This document shows, piece by piece, positions 9,386 through 17,796 of a stretch of DNA of 22,756 nt. The position numbers and the translations under genes were made by a program. Under the pieces are notes generated by a model, which made no database searches, was not told the DNA's origin, and was given only the letters and a program-made list of their open reading frames with translations. Position 1 is the first letter of the stretch. Every line of letters starts with the position of its first letter. Origin of the DNA: Fibrobacterales bacterium (lineage in GTDB: Bacteria; Fibrobacterota; Fibrobacteria; Fibrobacterales; JAOPTW01); contig JAOPTX010000060.1 in assembly GCA_051532055.1 (NCBI GenBank), forward strand, positions 1 through 22,756. The letters are read 5' to 3'.

Positions 9386-9425
9386 ATTAATTTTCGAGGT
9401 GTAATACACCATCACTATTGATTTT

Positions 9426-9456
9426 AAAGCCCGCATCCAATTGGATGCGGGCTTTT
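9426..9456 (+). terminator. Intrinsic terminator after pnp
   Basis: Perfect 30-bp palindrome aaagcccgcatccaattggatgcgggcttt (9426-9455) whose 3' end runs into a T-rich tail. Confidence 0.88.
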
Positions 9457-9727
9457 CTATTTCATAATGGTGAGTTGAAAATTATGCCAAATAGTATATG
9501 CTTCAATGAGTTAAGCCTACTGTAAGAAAAAGTTTACGATTGTCTTGTCTCTCGAATATTGGCTCTAATAACCTGTAATAGGTAATATGACACCCTTTAA
9601 CTCAAATAATTGGAACAGTTCGTGAACGGATATTCCGTGTCTCAAAAGGTATGGTCCTATGATTATTATATATTAGTAACATCTATACGTGGCACACAGA
9701 TACACATTGTTCAATCCTGGGGGGGAT

Positions 9728-12700
9728 ATGTACAGATTACTACTACTAGTATTGGTATTATTTTCATTGAATGTCGGAGCACAGTCGGTTTCAGAAATGG
9801 ATTCGTTAATGGCTGAATATGGAATGAGCTTTAACTGGAACGGAAATAGATGGGACTCCTTAGATGTTGTGAGGTTAGATGAATACCAGTTTGCAATACG
9901 ACATGATAGTACTATTACGGGCTATTATTTTGGGTATGTCGGAGCTGAACATTGTGGAAATCATGTAGATCATATTTCTGTTTTTAGTCAAACGGTAAGC
10001 CTTAATGCGACCACCCAAACACTACCAAACTATAAATTTGTAGTTCTAAAAGATAGTACCAAAGCTGAAGGATATAGGGTGGTAGCAACAACCGCAAGCC
10101 CTATTGAGATAATAGCGAGCCATAATCAATATTTTGAACCAGGTGAATGGGTAAAGGTAGAAATTCCTTGTCCAACAAGGCAAGACGCAGATCTAGAAGG
10201 ATATGGTGACACCTTTAATGTGATTTATATTGGTGGACAGACAGTAGGAATACTAGATGGAGAAGAAACGAAAGGTATTGAAGATGATATAAATGACTCA
10301 CTTAATTATATGCCAATTCCAGATGTTGTGATTCCAGATCCAGACTTACCAATACCTGTTCTGACGGTACCGAAAGATATGATTGAAGGTGTCGAGGATG
10401 ATTCAGTTGTTATGATCAAAAATATTACAGGCACTATTGTTGGTAATAGTCCACTGACGATAAAAGTTAACTTGAGAACTGGAATTGATAGTATTGTTAT
10501 TAATGAGATAACTCCAGCAAATTGGGAACTAAGTGTTTTACCGACCAAAGATTTTAATGGTACCACTTCAGTCATAGTAACGCTTATTGATACAGCGGGA
10601 CATCGAGTAAGTGATTCAATAATTATTGATATTCTTCCGGTTAATGATCCTCCACTCATAACACAGCTTGATACTCTAATAATAAATGAACAAGATAGTG
10701 ACACATTAAATATAATGGAATACATTAAGTCATTTTTACTCGGCCCCAATAATGAATCGTCACAACGAGTAAAAGGAATTAGAGTAGTTGAGTATAATAA
10801 TAGTCACTTTAAAAGTGCTCTAGTAGAAAGAGATTCTGCTCTAATTTTAGAGACGTTGAGTCTACCCGAAACAATAACTGATTCTTTAAAGATTGTACTG
10901 TTTGATAATGGAGGAACGATACGTAATGGTAATGACTCTATTGAATACATGGTGCCGTATACTGTTCAGTACACAAAAAGAAAACCTGTGTTGACAATAC
11001 CTGAATCATCAGTAATTGGGTATGAAGATAAAATAATGGTACTCACTGATATTAAAGGTACAGATCATGATGGTGGCAAACTTTCACTTTCTGTAACTTA
11101 TAGCAATACTATTATAAAAGAAATTGATGTCATTGAAAATGTTCATGGTGTATGGGATATACTATTGACTCCTCAAAAAGACCAATATGGATTAGATACT
11201 GTAACACTGATACTCACTGATGATACAGGTATGAGTGATACGGCCGCTATAGATGTTGCATTTTTGTCGGTTAACGATAAGCCTAAAATATTAATTAGGA
11301 ACGAACTGACGTTTAAAGCAGGTGATGATTTTGAACTTGATCTTGAAGACTATGTTACGTATAAATTTGGTCCGAGTAATGAATCAAATCAAAAACTTGT
11401 TGATATAAAAATTGTAGAAACAGTCGGTGAAGTATTTAAGAAAGAAATAACCATAGAAAAATCTGTAATTAAAGGAGAGGTACCTGAAGGTACGTTATCA
11501 AGTACTGGAGCATTTCAGTTTAAACTTTTTGATGATGGGGGGGTAGAACATAATGGTATTGATTCTTCAGAAAATTTTATCGTTTATTTTACCGTTACTA
11601 ATGATAATCAAACAGAAATCACCATTGACTCGATAGACCTTACTGATATTGTAGTATCAGAAGGCCCTTACGATACTCTTTATGCGAATGATGAAACAAG
11701 CACTATATATGTTCGTTTTGGTGATAAAGATAGTGCTGTGGTGGTTAGAAACATACAGAGTGATACCTTGGTGACTATTGTCGCACATCATCCACATGAT
11801 CAATTTCCAGGTACCGTAGAGGTGTATATAAAGCATAACGCTTCTATGCCAACCATAACCTTGTTGCCTGAAGGGCGCTCAGAAGCTCAAGCACCATTTG
11901 GACAGGGATCATATTGGGTGAGCAAAGGAAAGACTATTAAAGGAACGTATATTGAGAAGAATGGATCAGTTGGAACCATTTGGACTCACGATGAATCGCT
12001 TGAACTCCATTTGATTGTAACAAAAATAGATGGCAATGGCAAAGAATCAGTTACCCACTCTCTGTATCCTCTTGATGGTGTGGGCAGTCTTAAAAAAGGG
12101 CCGCAAGAGCAGTGTATTGAGGAAACTGATAGGTATCGGAATAGAACTACGTTATGTTTTATGGTGCACTATGATACGGATGACCCGAAGATTGAATTTA
12201 TTACACCTGGCTTTGAGTCAGTTAAACAAAGTAGTAGTTCACTTCTCGTGTCATATCAAGCTGTGTTTGATCTGTATAATGATGATATGCTCGACACATT
12301 TAAAATAGAAGAGCCCGATGTAAGAGTTTTTGATGGAACGGGCAACCACCAAATATCTGTGTCATTTATGGATGCCTATGGAAATAGCGCTACTGAGAGT
12401 ACAATTGTTAAGGTGATTATTCCAGACCCAACAATTGATGTTGCATTAGAAAAAGGTATTCAAACTGTAGATCTTGAAACATGGCCTCAGGCAAATCCAG
12501 ATGGGCTCTTTAACCGTGTTTTCATCTATAATACTACTGAGAAAAGGTTTGATGATCGTGGTGGTGATATGATTGGTGGAGATGAGTATGGTATTCTTCC
12601 AGAACCATTACATAATCCGCTTGAGTATGATGAAACAGGATTTGTCGTCTCTTTGACAGTAACCTTACCACCTCTTACTGCTGTAAATGGGGTATTGAAT

Positions 12701-13015
12701 TGGTCTCATTATGTAACGGTCTTTTATTATGTATATGACCCAATTGGTCAGTTTGTAGCAAAAGTTGGACAACGGTTTGTCGTAGATAGACCTGAGTATA
12801 TAAATGGTGATAATAAGGTGGTTATCAAAAGCCAAATCTTTCCTAAAGAAGGATATATGCACGATCAAACAGGCAGACAATTGGGGACAGGAGTCTATAT
12901 AATGAATGGTTTTGTTGAAACAGTATCACGCCCTAATAAGGACATGTTTAAAAACATTGAGGCTCAAAGTTCAAAAATACCTATTAGGCTTAAGCAAGGA
13001 TATGTTAAGGACTAG
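9728..13015 (+). CDS. Large secreted/surface protein (~1095 aa): signal peptide, unknown N-terminal domain, tandem cadherin-like/Ig-like repeats, conserved C-terminal domain; putative adhesin
   Basis: ATG9728 follows a G-rich SD and gives the Sec signal MYRLLLLVLVLFSLNVGA|Q. Contains PVNDPP and SVNDKP repeat junctions, and GPxNESxQ and LFDxGG...NGxDS motifs twice. The C-terminal YDPIGQF/GRQLGTGVYI/KQGY is shared with the next gene. The ORF is certain; the function is inferred. Confidence 0.8.
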   Translation: MYRLLLLVLVLFSLNVGAQSVSEMDSLMAEYGMSFNWNGNRWDSLDVVRLDEYQFAIRHDSTITGYYFGYVGAEHCGNHVDHISVFSQTVSLNATTQTLPNYKFVVLKDSTKAEGYRVVATTASPIEIIASHNQYFEPGEWVKVEIPCPTRQDADLEGYGDTFNVIYIGGQTVGILDGEETKGIEDDINDSLNYMPIPDVVIPDPDLPIPVLTVPKDMIEGVEDDSVVMIKNITGTIVGNSPLTIKVNLRTGIDSIVINEITPANWELSVLPTKDFNGTTSVIVTLIDTAGHRVSDSIIIDILPVNDPPLITQLDTLIINEQDSDTLNIMEYIKSFLLGPNNESSQRVKGIRVVEYNNSHFKSALVERDSALILETLSLPETITDSLKIVLFDNGGTIRNGNDSIEYMVPYTVQYTKRKPVLTIPESSVIGYEDKIMVLTDIKGTDHDGGKLSLSVTYSNTIIKEIDVIENVHGVWDILLTPQKDQYGLDTVTLILTDDTGMSDTAAIDVAFLSVNDKPKILIRNELTFKAGDDFELDLEDYVTYKFGPSNESNQKLVDIKIVETVGEVFKKEITIEKSVIKGEVPEGTLSSTGAFQFKLFDDGGVEHNGIDSSENFIVYFTVTNDNQTEITIDSIDLTDIVVSEGPYDTLYANDETSTIYVRFGDKDSAVVVRNIQSDTLVTIVAHHPHDQFPGTVEVYIKHNASMPTITLLPEGRSEAQAPFGQGSYWVSKGKTIKGTYIEKNGSVGTIWTHDESLELHLIVTKIDGNGKESVTHSLYPLDGVGSLKKGPQEQCIEETDRYRNRTTLCFMVHYDTDDPKIEFITPGFESVKQSSSSLLVSYQAVFDLYNDDMLDTFKIEEPDVRVFDGTGNHQISVSFMDAYGNSATESTIVKVIIPDPTIDVALEKGIQTVDLETWPQANPDGLFNRVFIYNTTEKRFDDRGGDMIGGDEYGILPEPLHNPLEYDETGFVVSLTVTLPPLTAVNGVLNWSHYVTVFYYVYDPIGQFVAKVGQRFVVDRPEYINGDNKVVIKSQIFPKEGYMHDQTGRQLGTGVYIMNGFVETVSRPNKDMFKNIEAQSSKIPIRLKQGYVKD
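10355..11602 (+). repeat. Intragenic tandem duplication of a ~210-aa two-domain unit (unit 1 10355-10984, unit 2 10985-~11602)
   Basis: PVLTVP/PVLTIP, GVED/GYED, WELSVLPTKDFNG/WDILLTPQKDQYG, PVNDPP/SVNDKP, GPNNESSQ/GPSNESNQ, LFDNGGTIRNGNDS/LFDDGGVEHNGIDS. Unit starts are 630 nt apart. Confidence 0.85.
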
Positions 13016-13236
13016 AAACTCTTGACCTGTGATTATTTAGGAATTTGATATCGCTCCTTGGGTTTGGATACAAATCTTTAATAATTTTACTTTTAAACAC
13101 TGATTTATGGGCCAGTGTTGCGGAATGACGATTCATAATGTAAATTATTTGTATACAAACTGGGGTGTGCATAGTCTGTAGCGGGGAGTAGGCAGATGAC
13201 TTAGTTTGGGGTAAACCGTTACGTTATGAGGTGACA

Positions 13237-16200
13237 ATGTCATTATCGCTATGTTTGAGAAATACTATTCTATTTCTCATTGTTGTGTCTGGATTAAGTT
13301 TTTCAAAAACCCTTCATGTATTTAACCCGTGGGATGATACCCATGTTCGAGTAACTACTCGTTATGGTGATACTCGGCTCGCAAATATTGATTTGAATAA
13401 CTGTGGTTGGTACACGTTTAATTATTATGATGAATCACTCGAGGTTAAACTCACTAATGTTCGAAAAGAGATAGTGGGTTCAAACTGGTTTAGTGTTCAA
13501 GCACTTGGTGATGATGCATGGGTTTGGGAGGATGGTGGTGCATTGACATCACAGTCGACAAAGCCAGGGAGCATGAATGGCTCTTGTTTGGGTATATTAA
13601 GCGCTGAATTTTTTGATTGGAATGATGATGACTTTAATAATGCCTTTCAGGATGTGACATCTCCTGGTTCTTGTGATCTTACAACAGGATTAGTAAAAAG
13701 TAAACTAGATTCTGATGGTTTACCAGCTCCAGATATGAGTAGCCCCGACATGACTTCTTGTAATACATCAGAGCTAACGTCATGGTTTAAACCGGTAGCA
13801 GATTCATCAAATTTCACTTGTTTGGACTTAACCCTAACGAAACAATCAAATAATATTTTCACACTTGTCGATACTACTGAATATAGTAGCGGAAGTCGTT
13901 TAGTTAATGGCACAGGGTTTTTCCCTTTAGATGACTTTACGTCCTCTTCAAAAAATCAACGTGGAGATACGTATCAGAGTAAGGGTACGTGGGACCCCTA
14001 TGTGGATGAAGGGTATCCCCATAATTATCACTTTTGTATGAAAACAAGTACCACATTTACCTACGAAAGCGGTCAGGTCTTTAGTTTTAAAGGAGATGAT
14101 GATCTGTGGGTGTTTGTAGATAGTACACTTGTTTTGGACTTGGGAGGAAAACCTTACCCTGCCTCTAATGGCTCTATTGTAATGAATGACCTTAGTTTCA
14201 CTCCTGGTTCAAGGCACACATTTGATCTTTTTATGTGTGAAAGGTTTGCAGTTGGGTCAAATTTGAAGATACAAACTAACATCGACTTTAAACCCAATAC
14301 TGTTTATTGGAATGAATCAATTAATGACTCAACTTGGAATATAGTGGAGGGTAATGAGGTAACGCAGGGATGTGGTGCTTCACAGAGTACTATTACTTCA
14401 CTGTCAAAATTTTATATTACTAAGAATTCACCGAATATCAGTAATGCTATTGTTGGTTCCGATTCGTTGCAACCGGGAAACTCTTATTTTGGAGGGGGAG
14501 TTAGAATAGATGCAAGTGCGCGGTCCTTTGGGATAAATGAAGAAACTATTGCGAAGAACTCAACAGATTTTGATTTGACTCTTGATGCCGGTGAGTACTA
14601 TTTAGTGCATCAGACAACAGAAGCTGGAAGAACTGACTTTGGATATGTGCCTTTCACTGTCTATCCAGAAATTTCATTTTCAAATAATAATACCTCTCAA
14701 AATGAAGATGCAAATAATGGTACGGTACAGCTTAAAGTTGAATTAGGAGTAAAAGCGAGTAGTGATGTCATCTTTAGATTAACCTCAATGGATAGCACAG
14801 CCATCGGAGGCGAAGATTATATTGCAATTGATACAGAATACACAATTAAACAGAATGAAGAAAGTTTAATAATTAACCTTGAAGTCGTAGTAGATAGTAC
14901 GGTCGAAAATAATGAACACATTATCTTCACCCTCACACCGGTATCAAAGGCGGTTCTCGGCTCATCAAATAGAATGGTTCACACAATTCTTAATGACGAT
15001 GTGGATCCCGTCGTTTCTAATCCACTGAAAGATACAACGATCCTTGAAGACAGTGGTTCAATAACTATTCCTCTCTCGACAGTATTTAGTAGCAATGAAG
15101 AATTAACCTATACCAGTACACTTCAAAATGGTGACATTGCACCAATTATAGCAACAATATCGGGTTTAGCAGGGAGTGAAGTATTACAGATAGCTACACG
15201 GCAAGACCAAAATGGTATCGAACTGGTGATGGTCACGGCGATTTCTGCAAAGGGCTTATTGGTGACTGACACATTTCAAGTGACGGTTACACCAGTGAAT
15301 GATATTCCTACGATAACAATGGCAGATGGTTCAGATGCCGGAAGTATAACAGTGAGTCCAAATACCATAGAAATCGTGGAAACTCAGTTTGTTAAGATTG
15401 GTGATGTAGAGACCGCAGCTGGCGATTTGACCGTGATCATTACCCAACTAGGTAATAGTGTTACTCTCCCGTTAGATAGTGTGATTGTCGCGGATGTAAC
15501 AGGAAAAGATGATCAGCGATCTATTGACATGTCATTTGCTAATAAAGAAAAAAGCCTATTTGATGTGGAAGTCACTGTCACAGATGGAGTAGATAGTGCC
15601 TCAATCATAATTACTGTTGAAATTACTGATGAATTTAGAGTTGTTAAGTATGATGGGCCTAATCAAAATGAAGACGCTTCTTTTGATATCACGAATATTG
15701 ATCTTGAATACTTCAATTTAGGATCATCTACTAAAAGTGATGTGAGTATTACTCTCAAAGATAGCGTAGATGCAATTAATAATCACTATACCATAGTAGG
15801 TAATCGGGTGACGCCAGAGTTAAATTATAATGGATGGCTCGATATTGAGGTGTATGCTGTATTAAATGGCCTCCCTACATATAAAGTAATTAAGGTGCCG
15901 GTTGATAATGTCAATGACCTGCCATACGATGTTGCCTTAACTGATAGCTCTTTTAATGAAAACGTCTCAGTGTGTCATGAGCTTTCGGCTAAAGATGATG
16001 ATGGTGATTCATTAACATTTTTCATAGAAGGAAGTGATTATTTTACCATTGAAAATGGCACACAACTCTGCTCAAAAGCCGGGACAATTGATTACGAAGC
16101 AATACAAAGTGGAGAGGTTCGGATTAAGGTGACTGATGGTATTGATACTATTCAGGTAGATATTCCCTTTGATGTGATTGATGAGCTTGAATATTCGGTT

Positions 16201-17640
16201 GGTATGATTGACTCTGTTACAAATGTTGCTGATGAGCTCTACCGTACACCAGAGAGTGATAGTGTCCACGTACTCGCTAATACTGATAGTGTTATTGTTT
16301 ATTACACTGTTGAAGGGGTGGAGGCGCAACAGCAAGTGACGATAGTGTTAGATGAGTCAGAACAAAATAAAAAAACTGATCATATAATATTGGCGTTAAA
16401 TCCAGTAACAAATAGTGCTGATACACTTGTTGTTACTATAAGCCATAATAGTGAAAAACCAAGTATTGTAATTACTGAGAATGACACCCTTATTGATGTG
16501 GCTGGTGGTGAAGAAGTGGTACGCCTCATTAACCCATTTACAAAAGAGGTTCAAGGAAGTGTGACTTATGATGGTAATCTGATCGATACTATCTATACCA
16601 ATAATAAGAACCTGGTTGTTGATAAGTTCATAGCCATAATTGGAAAGGACCTCTCGGTCGAAACCGCTCAAAGTATATTCTCTCTTGAGGACTATACCTT
16701 GGTTGAGGGGAGTTTTAATGAGGTAACTGATTCTGTAACGGACCTATTTGGTAATACGACATACTACACTCTACAAGTGTGGTACGACACTACGAAGCCT
16801 GCCGTTGATATCGTTGATCCTGCATCAGGGTACAGTACCCAGCTCTCTTCTATCGATGTGGGCTGGTTAGTGGTGGATGAAGGCGCGCCGATGCCTTTTA
16901 GAAATGTTGAAATGATATCGCTTGGGACCACACCAGTGATTCGAAGTTATTCTGATAAAGCGGGTAATGTGGGAGCTGATACGGTGCTCGTTGTTGTTGC
17001 GATTCAAGATGTTACTGCTCGTATTGATATGCCAGAAAAGATGATTGTTGTTGATGAAGATGTAGAAGAAAATACTGAATTTGCTACAGGAGCCTATTTT
17101 GTAAATCATGCTAAATATTCATCTGATAGAGGACGCAATATTCCGGTCTATACCGAAAAACTTAATGGTAAAAAGAGTACAGTAGAATCAACATCTTCTG
17201 AAATTGAATATGGTGAAATGAAAGGGCCCGAAGTCGTGGTTAAAATGACTTTACCTTCGCGCTATCCTTTAGACGCAAATGGTGAGCCAATGACACATGA
17301 AGCGCCGATATGGGAAAATTACATTTCAGGAGAGATAATGCTCTATGATATGATTGGACAATTCTTAAAGATGCACACGTTTAGATTGCCGGTAAATGAC
17401 CCTGATTTTTATGATGAGGATGGGGATGTGATCCTCCGGTATGTACTCTTTATGGAAGGTGAAGATGGGGATGTTGCTCTTAAAGCTCAAAGTGGTAGAA
17501 AACTCGGCGCGGGTATCTATATCCTTACGGGGAGGTTCGTCGGAGAGTCTATACCTATTAATACAGAAACTTGGTTACTGCCCCAAAAGGTAGTTATTCA
17601 AGATAGATTTAAATTTGGGTATCGTCGCATTGATGACTAA
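13237..17640 (+). CDS. Fibro-slime domain (PA14-like) surface protein (~1467 aa) with Calx-beta, cadherin-like and Ig-like modules and the conserved C-terminal domain
   Basis: Signal peptide ending GLSFS|K. Fibro-slime core GFFPLD..HNYHFC..FTYESGQVFSFKGDDDLWVFVD..LVLDLGG..FDLFMCER..SNL (~13915-14285). Calx-beta-like ISFS..NED..TAIGGEDY..ENNE..TILNDD (~14668-15000). TPVNDIP and NVNDLP junctions, cadherin-like AKDDDGDSLTF/IDYE, and DTTKP. ATG13237 follows GAGG (GTG13231 is possible). Confidence 0.88.
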   Translation: MSLSLCLRNTILFLIVVSGLSFSKTLHVFNPWDDTHVRVTTRYGDTRLANIDLNNCGWYTFNYYDESLEVKLTNVRKEIVGSNWFSVQALGDDAWVWEDGGALTSQSTKPGSMNGSCLGILSAEFFDWNDDDFNNAFQDVTSPGSCDLTTGLVKSKLDSDGLPAPDMSSPDMTSCNTSELTSWFKPVADSSNFTCLDLTLTKQSNNIFTLVDTTEYSSGSRLVNGTGFFPLDDFTSSSKNQRGDTYQSKGTWDPYVDEGYPHNYHFCMKTSTTFTYESGQVFSFKGDDDLWVFVDSTLVLDLGGKPYPASNGSIVMNDLSFTPGSRHTFDLFMCERFAVGSNLKIQTNIDFKPNTVYWNESINDSTWNIVEGNEVTQGCGASQSTITSLSKFYITKNSPNISNAIVGSDSLQPGNSYFGGGVRIDASARSFGINEETIAKNSTDFDLTLDAGEYYLVHQTTEAGRTDFGYVPFTVYPEISFSNNNTSQNEDANNGTVQLKVELGVKASSDVIFRLTSMDSTAIGGEDYIAIDTEYTIKQNEESLIINLEVVVDSTVENNEHIIFTLTPVSKAVLGSSNRMVHTILNDDVDPVVSNPLKDTTILEDSGSITIPLSTVFSSNEELTYTSTLQNGDIAPIIATISGLAGSEVLQIATRQDQNGIELVMVTAISAKGLLVTDTFQVTVTPVNDIPTITMADGSDAGSITVSPNTIEIVETQFVKIGDVETAAGDLTVIITQLGNSVTLPLDSVIVADVTGKDDQRSIDMSFANKEKSLFDVEVTVTDGVDSASIIITVEITDEFRVVKYDGPNQNEDASFDITNIDLEYFNLGSSTKSDVSITLKDSVDAINNHYTIVGNRVTPELNYNGWLDIEVYAVLNGLPTYKVIKVPVDNVNDLPYDVALTDSSFNENVSVCHELSAKDDDGDSLTFFIEGSDYFTIENGTQLCSKAGTIDYEAIQSGEVRIKVTDGIDTIQVDIPFDVIDELEYSVGMIDSVTNVADELYRTPESDSVHVLANTDSVIVYYTVEGVEAQQQVTIVLDESEQNKKTDHIILALNPVTNSADTLVVTISHNSEKPSIVITENDTLIDVAGGEEVVRLINPFTKEVQGSVTYDGNLIDTIYTNNKNLVVDKFIAIIGKDLSVETAQSIFSLEDYTLVEGSFNEVTDSVTDLFGNTTYYTLQVWYDTTKPAVDIVDPASGYSTQLSSIDVGWLVVDEGAPMPFRNVEMISLGTTPVIRSYSDKAGNVGADTVLVVVAIQDVTARIDMPEKMIVVDEDVEENTEFATGAYFVNHAKYSSDRGRNIPVYTEKLNGKKSTVESTSSEIEYGEMKGPEVVVKMTLPSRYPLDANGEPMTHEAPIWENYISGEIMLYDMIGQFLKMHTFRLPVNDPDFYDEDGDVILRYVLFMEGEDGDVALKAQSGRKLGAGIYILTGRFVGESIPINTETWLLPQKVVIQDRFKFGYRRIDD

Positions 17641-17712
17641 GTAAATATGACTGCAAAGTACCTAAGGAGTGCGGGCAAAATATTTTAATGTGCCTGTGTA
17701 TCAAAAGACTAC

Positions 17713-17758
17713 AAACAACAAAGGCCTCTCTCAACTATGAGAAAGGCCTTTGTTGTTT
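17713..17758. terminator. Bidirectional intrinsic terminator between the convergent fibro-slime gene and hflC
   Basis: Long inverted repeat aaacaacaaaggcct-c-tctca / tgaga-a-aggcctttgttgttt with loop acta. U-rich 3' arm on both strands. Confidence 0.85.
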
Positions 17759-17796
17759 AATAGAAAGCGGTTAATAGTAACGAGTGTTACACTTTA

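Noticed and set aside
35..9436. Many antisense and alternate-frame ORFs (e.g. 35-499, 2113-2754, 2947-3633, 7282-7902)
   Set aside because: They overlap well-supported housekeeping genes and show no recognisable motifs. They are typical shadows of codon bias.
9426..9455. Perfect 30-bp palindrome as a REP/MITE or recombination site at the edge of the accessory block
   Set aside because: Single copy in the window, and its position 40 nt after the pnp stop with a T-rich tail is fully explained by a terminator.
9610..9706. Sigma-54-like TGGAAC and TGGCAC sequences
   Set aside because: Neither has the required GC at -12 (GG-N10-GA and GG-N10-AC).
9610..9816. 68-aa ORF upstream of and overlapping the first large gene; also the GTG9689 start
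   Set aside because: TTG start without an SD and out-of-frame overlap with the signal-peptide region. ATG9728 gives a clean signal peptide.
9457..17712. Adhesin block as a mobile genomic island
   Set aside because: No integrase, transposase, tRNA or flanking direct repeat seen. The different codon usage (more ATA/GGA/AGA) could simply reflect lower expression than translation genes.
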